Shown piece by piece: positions 1 through 10,600 of a stretch of 64,000 nucleotides of DNA. Each line of letters starts with the position of its first letter. Position 1 is the first letter of the stretch. A program made the position numbers and the translations under genes. The notes beneath the pieces were generated by a model. It worked only from the letters and a program-made list of their open reading frames with translations. It made no database searches and was not told the DNA's origin. Source of the DNA: Phyllosticta citribraziliensis (lineage: Eukaryota); the NCBI RefSeq assembly GCF_038025025.1, contig NW_027117342.1:2046001-2110000 (forward strand), in the 5' to 3' direction.

Positions 1-663
1 GACTGTGCCCGTGCCATTGCCGAGTTCCCTTTTTGTTCCTTCATTGACAAGGATGACTGGAGACTTGATTGCCTGGCTGCCAGCATCGCTGACCTCTGCC
101 TCGACAGAAACGTGCGAATGGGGCTGCTTGGTCGTGGAAGCGAGGGTGCTATTCGGACTCGTCTTCTTCCTAGCACTTTTCTTGGGACTTTTCTTGGGAC
201 TATCGTGTGTGACCACGTTCCTTGCTTTCTGAGCTCGTCTCGGAGTCGTAGATCTTGACGCTGCGACCGTGTTCGGTTTGCGCTTTGGAGTGCTGCGACG
301 GCGCGAGCCGAGGTATTCCTTCACGTCTTCCCATTGAGATGACACTTTCGGCGCAGGCCGAGCCCGTGCTTCTCTTTCCCGCTTCAATACTGCTTCATCC
401 TTGAGCGCCTTGACTCTGATGGCTTCCTCCGCATCTGCGCGTGTTTTCATTTCATCTTCGTGTCCAAGGACGCAGTCTGCGACCTGACACTCTCCGGTGT
501 ACACGTACTCGTGGAGCTCGCGGAAGATCGCGACGTCATAGCCGTGTTGGCGAAGTTCGTGGTCCTTCTGGGGGAAAATGTAAGGTTCCTCTAAGCACTC
601 GTAGTTGCCATTCTCATCAAAGACCGTGTAGCTCGTAAGACTGTTGATCATGTTGCCGCTCAT
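1..663 (-). CDS. Hypothetical protein, 3' end truncated by the window edge; Lys/Arg/Ser-rich low-complexity C-terminal part
   Basis: Hand translation gives an open minus-strand frame from ATG 663 (MSGNMINSLTSYTVFDENGNYECLEEPYIF...CQVADCVLGHEDEMKTRADAEEAIRVK...SPKKSPKKSARKK) to position 1. It is absent from the ORF track because there is no stop in the window. The frame stays open upstream to about 800, so the true start is uncertain. Confidence 0.5.
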   Translation of the reverse strand, partial: MSGNMINSLTSYTVFDENGNYECLEEPYIFPQKDHELRQHGYDVAIFRELHEYVYTGECQVADCVLGHEDEMKTRADAEEAIRVKALKDEAVLKREREARARPAPKVSSQWEDVKEYLGSRRRSTPKRKPNTVAASRSTTPRRAQKARNVVTHDSPKKSPKKSARKKTSPNSTLASTTKQPHSHVSVEAEVSDAGSQAIKSPVILVNEGTKRELGNGTGTV

Positions 664-736
664 ATTCCGAGGAGCGCTCGGTTGCCAGATTCGCGTTGGA
701 GCGATGTGACTGCCAACCAACGTCGACGTTGACGGT

Positions 737-990
737 GGATGTGAGGTGGACGTGATCTTGAGAGACTTGGTAGATGCGGGTGTGGTCGACTGGGCGGCGT
801 TCAAGTGATGTGACCGCCACTCGATACAGAGGCTGACGGCGGATGTGAGGTGGACGTGATCTGGAATACCTTGGTAGATGCGGGTGTGGTCGACTGGGCG
901 GCGTTCAAGTGATGTGACCGCCACTCGATACTGAGGCTGACGGCGGATGTGAGGTGGACGTGATCTGGAATACCTTGGTAGATGCGGGCT
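737..990. repeat. 104-bp tandem repeat, about 2.5 copies
   Basis: GGATGTGAGGTGGACGTGATCT... recurs at 737, 841 and 945. Confidence 0.9.
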
Positions 991-3343
991 GTGGTTGACA
1001 ATGCGGGGCTCCTAGGAGATGGTGCAGTGGTGAAGTGGTTGGCTGATAATGACGTTCGCGCAGGGTGTCTGGACTTTGATGTGTGGGGGTACGTTGGACG
1101 GCGAATGACGGCGAGTGTTCTGTCAATTGCACTGACTACGGAGAAGATCGACCGACTCGAGTGCCGGGTTTGATCGTGGGCAATAGAGCTGCTGGAAGAT
1201 GATCTGGAGTGTGAAGTGTCGGCCAACACACATGGGGCGCAGGGTGCGGGTGCGTAGGTAGTGGAGACGAATGAATCAGAAAGTAGGCCCCGATGTTGAC
1301 ATCCGAGGCGCACGTGTATGACGAAAAATCTGAGGCGGCTCCAGTGGCAGAATAATTTTATTCCGTACCTGGTCTCCATTGTTTTCCCTCAGCCACCGTT
1401 GGCACTTCGCTGGAACACAGTAAGCCAATGCATGTAGCGCAGTTTGTAAGCGCAAGGTGCCACTTGCAAGAAACCAACGAACAAAGAAACCAAAAACCAA
1501 AAAAGCCTTTCGTCATCGTGGTCGACGTCACCCAAATCCGGTGCACCGCCTTCTCGACGTCATGTTGTCGGCTTGCCCGGTTGCCCTGAACGATGCGATG
1601 CATACACGACAGTCGACGGCACAACGGGGCGCGCGGCTGACTGCGGACTGCGGTGGAGTCACCCGCTAAGAAAAGCGCCGACGGCACGGCGCGGACCGCC
1701 CTGGCCCGGACGTGTTAAACAGTGCCGGGCTCCGCTGTCTCTCCCGGTCGACCACCGAGCATCTCGCTTTTGTCTCGCCCCCACGCGGTACTCGACCCTC
1801 TTGATCTCATGCGCCGTCCATTCTCAGCGACCATGACGGCATTCACTCTTGCTGCTCCCTGTGTTCCGTAGTCACCCATTTCCCGAAACGCGACCTCGCC
1901 GCTGACATCCATCCAGACACACGAAGCGGTAACAGCCTCGGCGCTCGCTGCACTTCTTTCTGCCTCTCCTCCCGCAATACGTGCGGCGCCACATCAACAT
2001 TTTCACGACGTGCCAATAGCGATTGCGCTTCGACAACACATTCCGCTGTTCTCTGTGTTGCAGACCGCGCGACATTGCCAAAATCTCCACCATGCCGGGT
2101 ATGTTCATATGGCGAGATTCAAGCACCGGGCTCGTTGGGCTGATGCGAAGTCAATACAGATAGATGCAACTTTGACGAAGACGGACATCTGACCCGCCTC
2201 CCTACACGCAGGCCAGGCCAGGCCAATCAGACCCGCCAAACGTGCCAATGCCTACCCAGAGAGGGTCATCCTCTGCCTGGCATGGTGATTGCAAGCTGAG
2301 GCACATGCGAAGGACGTCAGTGTGGAGCTCTCGGCGAGTGGGAACTCCCATGCGGACAAAAGCTGTGCTCAGTGTGCAGGCACATGTCTATCACCATTGC
2401 AAACCCCGCAGAGATTATTTACCGCCCGGCCCATCTTTTCTGTCCACGATGCTACGTAAGCACGGGAATGCAACAACGATCGACAGGGCAACCGTGACAA
2501 AGATTGAAGAGAGCCAGTCTGTATGTTTGCAACTCATTAAAATACCTGCGCAATACTTCTAATTCCATCATCTCTAGCCTCAACCGCCCCAGAACTAAAT
2601 GTTCTACAAAAAGGGGAGCAAGACCAAGGCCTTCACGAGTTCCTCAGCAACATCTTCAGGGAGGCTCGCAACAGCTTCAAATGTGTTGAATGCAGACTGG
2701 TCTGGGCAGGCTACACTTATGATCCAACCTGGGATTTTGAGGAAGTCGAGCAGCAGCAGCGGCATGTGGCCTGGCGCGAGGTCATAGCCCGGGAGGATTG
2801 TTCAAGCAGTGGTTAGTCATAGAAGAAAGGCAGCGCTATTATGCTCGAGAAGAGAGCATTGAGATAGCATTTGTGGTAGAGTCACTTTGGGATCAAAGGC
2901 TTTAGATGATGAGTGCTACCCGCCTTAGTACTCCAAAAAATCAGGTCGGTAAATGTGGAATCATCACACTTCTGCGCCTCTTCAACCCGACCACTACCAC
3001 GCCTACAATCCTCCTCTCCTCATCCCCTATACTCCATCCCATGCAAAGATCATAGGTGGCATTCTCAACCTCCTATGCGTACTGACAGACTGCGATCCAA
3101 TGTCTGCCTAGCGGATTGAACCCTCTCACTCTTCACTCGCGGGTAAGCGCCCATTCAAAATAAAACAGGAATCAACAACTCGGTCACACAGCATCCTACT
3201 AACATCTTCACTTCAGTATCGCCCCACGTCTGCCCAACACACACTGCCTCTCATCTCACGACGCGCCTACACGCCGCTTGGCCCGCCACTTTACGACCCC
3301 ATGCATACTCGACCTCAAACTTCAGCCACATCTTCCCTTCACA

Positions 3344-4123
3344 ATGAACATCCAGTCCACTCCCGCTCCTGAGCTGCGACTCATGATCGCCAAGGCGATG
3401 ATCGACCAAGACGGCATAGATTTGCTTCTTCGCCACACGCTATGGGCCCCGGAGGTCTTCATCGACTTCCCTTTGTTGCACGTTTCATCAAGCTGGCGCC
3501 ATTCCATGCTCATTGCTATCGCCAAAAATAAAAAGATATCTGTCGATATTGCGCCCGGAGTCATCACTGTTGCCTGGGTCAAAATCACACGATCACAGAT
3601 GTCTACCTTGAGTGAAACCACGGCCGGCGCCCTCCTCTACCACGCGATAAACCTTGACATAAACATCCTTGTCAGAGGCAACAGACAGGGTGCTGGACAG
3701 CACGAAACCGTCAGTGAATGCCTGAGGGTCATCAATCAACTATCACAGAACTCGACTCTGAAGCGGCGCATATCCATCGAAGTCACCAGGCTTCCCGATG
3801 TTCTTGTGCCAACGTCGGATTTTGAGCATGCGGTCAAGTGCTACTTACAGCTGTTTTCCGGGTTGCGCGCAGACTTGGATATCCGGACCTTTGAGGATTC
3901 AAGGATGACACCAGCCAATTTCTTGGCGAGCGACATGTTCAAACAATGGGCGCGCGATCTAGAGAGGGCCGTCTTTCTGAACTCTTCAAATACCCAGATC
4001 ACCGCCGACCAGAGAGAATTCTGCGAGGCTGCAGAGTCGAGGATCCTGACGAATAGCTACAACATTCGACAGCATGAGCCGATCAATTATTGGATAGTCG
4101 CCTTCTTTGCACGTCGAGCTTAG
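3344..4123 (+). CDS. Hypothetical protein (~259 aa) with an N-terminal F-box/2EXR-like motif
   Basis: Intronless ORF from ATG 3344. The segment STPAPELRLMIAKAMI resembles the LPxELRxxI consensus; the rest is globular and unrecognised. Confidence 0.55.
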   Translation: MNIQSTPAPELRLMIAKAMIDQDGIDLLLRHTLWAPEVFIDFPLLHVSSSWRHSMLIAIAKNKKISVDIAPGVITVAWVKITRSQMSTLSETTAGALLYHAINLDINILVRGNRQGAGQHETVSECLRVINQLSQNSTLKRRISIEVTRLPDVLVPTSDFEHAVKCYLQLFSGLRADLDIRTFEDSRMTPANFLASDMFKQWARDLERAVFLNSSNTQITADQREFCEAAESRILTNSYNIRQHEPINYWIVAFFARRA

Positions 4124-4411
4124 GTCTTTGCACCAGGTCGTATCCGCACGCCTACACAGTTCTTGGAACCGACCAGCATTTACAGGGCCGCCAGCCGATT
4201 TTCCTGTCTGACCACACAAATCATTTCAGGTTCTTTGCATTCTGCCACCAGTCGACACAACATGGACCAAAAATGACGACCGAAACAAAAGAACCGGGAT
4301 TCAGGTTGCGGTCTTGAAAAGCAGAATTTTGAGTCACTAAGGAGAGATGAATGCCGCGCCGAGTGCGTTGCCTCTCATGGACTACACTGGGCGGAAAGAT
4401 GGTCTGCATTT

Positions 4412-4430
4412 GGGGGGGGGGGGGGGGGGG
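4412..4430 (+). repeat. Poly-G tract (G19)
   Basis: Read directly from the sequence. Confidence 0.9.
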
Positions 4431-4621
4431 TTATTACTTGGTCGATAGTTTGGGGGATTTTCTCGTCAACCTTGACGCAAAAGGGTGGCACGTGGCATCA
4501 AGGCATTCGGACAATTGCGGTTTGGGCTTTCGACAACACGAAAATCTTGCGCTTTCTGACGTTCCCTTAGCATTGCTCGTTCGTGTGGTGTAGAGTGAAC
4601 ATTTCGCTGTAAAAGACGCCG

Positions 4622-4717
4622 AGTAGGATGCCGTCGACAATGCCGCCGGAAGGACGTCAAATAGAATGCCGTCAACAATGCCGCCGGAAGGACGTCAAGT
4701 AGAATGCCATCGACAAT
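4622..4717. repeat. 38-bp tandem repeat, about 2.5 copies
   Basis: ATGCCRTCRACAAT recurs at 4628, 4666 and 4704; the first two copies continue GCCGCCGGAAGGACGTCAA. Confidence 0.85.
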
Positions 4718-4838
4718 ATAGCTAACTCTTTCTAGATTAGCCCGCAAAAAGAATCCGGGTGCGTACTACTTACCTCGTCTTGCCAGCGAGGCCACTGGCT
4801 TAGAAGCAGACCCATTCTAATCACCACAACCTTTCCCA

Positions 4839-5330
4839 CATCTTGACACACCACCCCGACAGCGACCTTCACTTCCACCATCCAGACCACCCAGCCTTTC
4901 TCTGATCACCTACCTCTCCTGCCACAGTGCCCTCGCCCTGTTGGTTACGCTCTCAATATCTTCCTCCAGGCTCTCTCGAACTACGCCTGCAGCTCACCAA
5001 ACTCCTCCTGCTCCGCGGCTCTGCGCCTCACCCTCTCCGCCTACTACAACCTTTCCTCCATCTTCACACACCACCCCCGGCAGCGACCTTCACTTCCACC
5101 ATCCAGACCACCCAGCCTTTCTCTGATCACCTACCTCTCCTGCCACAGTGCCCTCGCCCTGCTGGTCACGCTCTCAATCTCTTCCTCCAGGCTCTCTCCA
5201 ACTACGCCTGCAGCTCACCAAGCTCCTCCTGCTCTGCGGCTCTGCGGCTCTGTGCCTCGTCCTCTCCGCCCACTACAGCCTTTCCTCCATCTTCACACAC
5301 CACCTCCAGCAACTCTCTTCACTTTCCACC
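4839..5330. repeat. 221-bp tandem duplication plus a partial third copy
   Basis: AGCGACCTTCACTTCCACCATCCAGACCACCCAGCC at 4861 and 5082, with a degenerate third start near 5289. Confidence 0.9.
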
Positions 5331-5436
5331 ATTTCAAGCACCACGACAGCTACGGTATCGGTATGACATGGCGATGGAAATCTCTCTGTGTGCGACGTCT
5401 GCTGACTGATTGGGATAGGGAGCGACATCATCTTCA

Positions 5437-6503
5437 ATGTCTTCACAGATCGCAAGCGGCGAGAAGCGTGGCCTCGGTGAACACCAGGTAGGCATTCAGA
5501 TCATTATGAAAGGGACCTACTAATGCAATCTGTGTAGAACATGGGACCTCACAAGCGACGAGCCACTCAGGGCACCAAGATGACGAAAATGGAGCGCTTG
5601 GCCAACGAAGTGGACCAGATTTATGAGAAATGTCGCCTCATTGAGACAAAGGTTGAGGCGAACCGCGTTCAAGGACATGCCGTCAACCGTTGCACGTACA
5701 CCTTCGCAGCCCTACTTCAGACAGGACTGGCGGCGTCACTCGCAATGGTCTCCGGCTGGCTGAAAGTGGCCGATGCTATCTTCGACCAGCATAGTACCGA
5801 CGTGAAAGCTGAGCTCAGTCGCGTCCGCATTGTTCTGGAGAACACATTGACGGCCATGCAGAGGTTCAGGCATAACGAAGCCCTCACCGTGAACGTCGAA
5901 CTGTCAGAGTGGATTATCGCCAGCCCGAAGACCGAAGCCAGTCAGCTCAAGCAGAGTGTCCAGGCGCTTGGCAAATTCCTTCCCGAGCAGGCTACGATCT
6001 CGAACCTCTTGGCAGAGAGAGAAACGGCCAGACAACACCTCAAGGATGTGCAATCATCCCGCGAAAGTCAATGGCATGATCACCAGTGTCCACGACTTGA
6101 ATTGTTCCAGAAGCTGCCAGGACAATACACTGAAATCTGTCAAGACTTCATCTTCCGTAGTCACTCTCATCCGGAGTTTTCCGATGACATCGACAGGATC
6201 TTGAGAACTCTGACTTTACTCTGGAAGGGAGAGAACGACAGGTCATTATCCTCGCCTCAAGATCTCATTGAAAATGCCTTGGGGCTCGTGGGAGCGGCTG
6301 ACCAGATTGCGAGGAACGCCGTCGGAGATGACGCCTACCAGATCGACGGCTCCGACGACGACTTTCACTCTGAGTCGGAGTCGGAGTCGGAGTCGGAGTC
6401 AGAGTCGGAGTCAGAGTCGGAGTCAGAGTCGGAGTCAGAGTCGGAGTCAGAGTCGGAGTCAGAGTCGGAGTCAGAGTCGGAGTCTAATGGCAACGATGAC
6501 TGA
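5437..6503 (+). CDS. Hypothetical helical/coiled-coil protein with an acidic (SE)n C-terminal tail
   Basis: Exon 5437-5487 (MSSQIASGEKRGLGEHQ) and GT-AG intron 5488-5537 (CTAAT branch site) join in frame to the 320-aa ORF 5541-6503. Confidence 0.6.
6372..6485 (+). repeat. (GAGTCR)n hexanucleotide coding microsatellite, about 19 units
   Basis: GAGTCG/GAGTCA alternation encoding ESESES.... Confidence 0.95.
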
Positions 6504-6744
6504 GCTGGCAGAATGATTCCATGATAGTGAGCATCCACCAGGACAAAACAGGGGTGGAGGGCTGATATGCACAACAGCAGATTCCATGCAAAGGTCAATT
6601 GGTCAAACAGTGCCGTGGCCGCATCTTCAACATGCCATGCCCACGTTTACTGGGGTGGCCGACTTCGCTCTGCACGGGACGGGAACAAAAAAAAACTTGG
6701 AGGGTCATGGATGAAGTTCCTGTCCATAATGGCTTGCCTGGGTC

Positions 6745-6965
6745 TTTGCTTTTTCATTCCCTTCTTTCATTCCCTTTGCCCTCGAATTCATACTCCCGCA
6801 TTATTGGTGGGGTAAAGGGTCGACTTGATGACCGTCGACCGAAAAGTCTTTTGATTTGGGCCCTTGCTTTTTCATTTCCTTCTTTCTTTCCCCTTGCTCT
6901 CGAATTCAGACTCTGGCATTATTGGTGGAGAAAAGGGTCGACTTGATGACCATCGACTGAAAAGA
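6745..6965. repeat. 118-bp-period intergenic direct repeat, 2 copies
   Basis: CTCGAATTCA...GCATTATTGGTGG...AAAGGGTCGACTTGATGACCRTCGACYGAAAAG, anchored at 6781 and 6899. Confidence 0.85.
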
Positions 6966-7645
6966 CACTCTTGGCGGTTTTCCTTCAGCCCCTACAATCA
7001 TGCAGTTTCTCGACACCCTAGCTAGTTCAATTCAAAAGCTCATCTGTAACATCTGCACGCGTGTTGTCGGCAGGTGGTAGAGACGGCGTCATATGCCGAG
7101 ATTTCAAGATTGCGAGAGAGCGCAGAGGTCAGAGACGGCTAGTACCTTGCAATGCAGTGGTGTCATGTCTCTACAATTACAAAGTTGTCGACATGACAGG
7201 CGCAGAATGCCAGCGATTACGCAAAGCAGTGAGGTCTGGTTCGATAGGAGTCAGTTTACTACCAAGAGAGATAGCGGCCATGACATACAAACACTGGCTC
7301 CTGGGTGGTCACGCATATAGTGGAAAATATTTTTCGGACGAAGGACACAGGTACCTCAACTGCCTACGGCATTGTTGGCTGACACGCCCCGACGGCTAAT
7401 TTTGTGTGTCCCTCTACGCATGATTTCCTGGATATTGCGGCAATCGTGATCTCCAGCTTCCTCGAAATTGTCATGCTGTCTCGTCAGAGCTGGCAGCGCG
7501 GCCACAGGCGAATCATTCAATAATACGATATTTCGGCGGACTAACTATCATTACGGACGACGACATAGACTAAAGATACAAAGAGGTCGACAGAAACATC
7601 ACTGCGCCCCCATCAATGATCAAGCTTGCCGACAAAAGCCCAAGT

Positions 7646-10600
7646 CTAAGGAAAACGGAAGCGGGGCACGACTGTGTGGACAGGGGCCACCCACACAGTC
7701 TCTACTTTGGTGATTGGCCGAGTGTTGCAAGCCGACACTCCACCATCCGAGGATTCGCTGCCGGCCACTGGACCAGACGAATGCGGAGGAAGAACTAGAC
7801 TGTATGAATCGACGAACAGCGAAGAGATGGACACAACAGGGACGCTGGATGATGAAATGGGAGATGAAGAAACGAGAGCAGATGAGCGAAGCGTTTCAGT
7901 CGAGTTCGTGGTGGGGGACGATTGGCTATGAGACACGATACCAGGACTGGATGGAGCAGTCAGAGGATCTGTGTGTGAGAGGCTTGTCGAGATTGATTGC
8001 TCAACACTGGACACCCCTGACGGGCTTGCTGATGTAGAGTTGCCAGCGGAAGGTTGAGAAAGGCGGGTCGTGGCAATTTCGAGCGTGTCGGTCAATAGTG
8101 ATGATGATGCAGACGTGTTGCCCGGCAGCGCAGTGAGCGAAAAAGACGACAACACACCACTTGAACCGGTGAACGACGGTTGAGAGATGACCACAGGCGC
8201 GCTGATCGGTGTCGACGATGCCGAAATATTGGTGTCATTGGGAGAATGGGTAGCGAGCGAATTCGATACAGACGCATTGCTGAAAGGAGCCGGGGATGAG
8301 AGCACAGATGTTCTGGAGAGGCTAGATAGTGGTGACAACATCGACGAGCCGCTAGGCAAAATCGAAGAAGTTTCGATTCCCAGTGATGCCGACACATCAC
8401 TCAGACCCGTTACAGAAGGACCGGGGAAGCTTGAGAAAGAAAAGGTCGACGTGTTTGAAACGATCTGCGATTGCACAGGTGACGATGGCGGCGTACTAGA
8501 GGCGGACAGCGTCGACGTCGTTTGCCACATGGACGAAGACGCGGAAGAAGAACCCGCTCCGGACCTGGTTGAAAGTATAGGAAGTGTCCAGTTTGACGAC
8601 GACTGCATCGTTGAAACAATGGATGGCGTTCCTAAAGAGCTGTCCGTGAGGGACGTGGAAATGACTGGCATCGAAGACGACGGAGGGTATGTCTGTATCG
8701 ATGAATTTGGTAGCAGAGACAAAGGGGCTGTGGCAAACGTATGCGCGGACGAATCGACGGGCAGCGACGTAGAAAACGAAGACAGCAAGGAGGACTCTAC
8801 CGAGAGACTTTGCACGATTGACATAAAGAGTGAGGAGCGGGAAGATGCCGACAGCGGTGGCGGCACAGAAGGATTGGCTGCTGTCAAAGAAGATTGCACC
8901 GAGGAGCCAGTCGCGGGCTGTGTCAAGCTTGATGCCAAAGCCAGACTCGAGGATGACGGGGGCAAAGACTCCGCAACGGTTGTGACAGGTGGCGCAGTCG
9001 CGGAAGAAGACAGGGTAGATGGAGACTCGAGGGACTGCAGCGATGACGGTAAATTGGCCAATCGTGTGGACGAGCTCGCCACTGAAGACACCAGAGAAGA
9101 TTGCGTCTGAGGAGAGGAAAGGGTAGAAGATGGCAAAGAGGACTGCGCTCCCAGTCCAGTGTACAGGCGCCTGACTCCGATTATGTTGGGCTCGGAGAAT
9201 GTGCTGTCGACCTGGGCCTTCATATAGCCTGCGGAACCGCTGATACTGACCCAGACACACTCGGTTGTAAGATCGCATTGGTGGATCAAGTCGCCAATCC
9301 AATTAGCTGTAGTTGCCCACCGAGGATTATCCGCAAGATCGACGCCCCGCGCATCGACACCACATTGTATCAGGTAGACTGCGCTAGAGTTTGTGGTATA
9401 AACCGTATTGTTCGCGGATGGGCATGACGGGTTCGTCGGAGCAGCGGAGTATGACACAGAAATCGTGTTTGCGGGGGCTTGGACGGTCGACGACGACGGA
9501 AACCCGGAAGACACAGGCGGTGCCACGACTGAAGATGTTGCACCACTGACGTGCATGGATGACGTCGACACTAGAGACGCCATGACCGAGGTCGACACAG
9601 CATTCAGGCTGGTTCTTGATACCGGAGACGATAAATGATAAGATGCCGTACCACCGCTGCTCGGTGAAGATTCTTCCACTACCGTGGATGAGGCCGTGCT
9701 GGCGACCAGAGATGAGGACATTGCGCTGCTCGCCGCGGCTCCACAAAGTCCGTAGTCTGTCTGACAGCCGTCACCGCAGTGTTCCGGATCGCTACCACTG
9801 CGTGGATTAGCCATGTACACGGCAAAGTCCTGCGACGTCACACTTACCAATAGCCGCTTGACGAACAACACGGGCCTGAAAATGAAACAAAACAGGTACT
9901 TCCATCAAATGTCGGTCCACAGCTGCCCAAAGGAAGGCTGCTGGGCGAGGCGCTACTGGAAGACTGCATGCCGGATGAAAAACTTGAATTTCTTGACGAA
10001 GGCCCCGTCATGGAGGGTGCGTTTGTCTGATTGCTGGAAAGTGCCGTCGAGGTCATGGGCGTCATGGAGGGCGCGTTTGTCTGACTGTTGGAAAGTGCCG
10101 TGTCAGAGGAAGTATGTTGTGTCGAGGTCATGGGCGTCGAGCTCGTGGGCGTCGAGGTCATGGGCGTCATGGAGGGCGCGTTTGTCTGACTGTTGGAAAG
10201 TGCCGTGTCAGAGGAAGTATGTTGTGTCGAGGTCATGGGCGTCGAGCTCGTGGGCGTCGAGGTCATGGGCGTCATGGAGGGCGCGTTTGTCTGACTGTTG
10301 GAAAGTGCCGTGTCGGAGGAAGTATGTTGTGTCGAGGTCATGGGCGTCGAGCTCGTGGGCGCCATGGAGGGCGTGTTTGTCTGATTGCTGGAAAGTGCCG
10401 CGTCGTCGGAGGCATGTTGTGTCGAGGTCATGGGCGTCAAGCTCGTGGACGTCACGGATGGAATGGTCATGGGCGTCGTGTTCAACGCCGATTCGGTGGA
10501 AGACATATTCACATCGCTTGTTGCTCCTCCGCTCGATGCGCTCGAGGACCCCGAACTCGTGGAAGTCCCCGTAGGCGCCGTGTTCGTAGGCGCAGTATTT

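Noticed and set aside
2242..2820. Possible two-exon gene with an intron-like segment at 2521-2577
   Set aside because: Splicing in the open phase ends after six codons, and the longer downstream frame cannot be joined without a stop; at most a degenerate remnant.
8187..9110. 307-aa acidic plus-strand ORF
   Set aside because: Antisense of the Ser-rich mucin tail.
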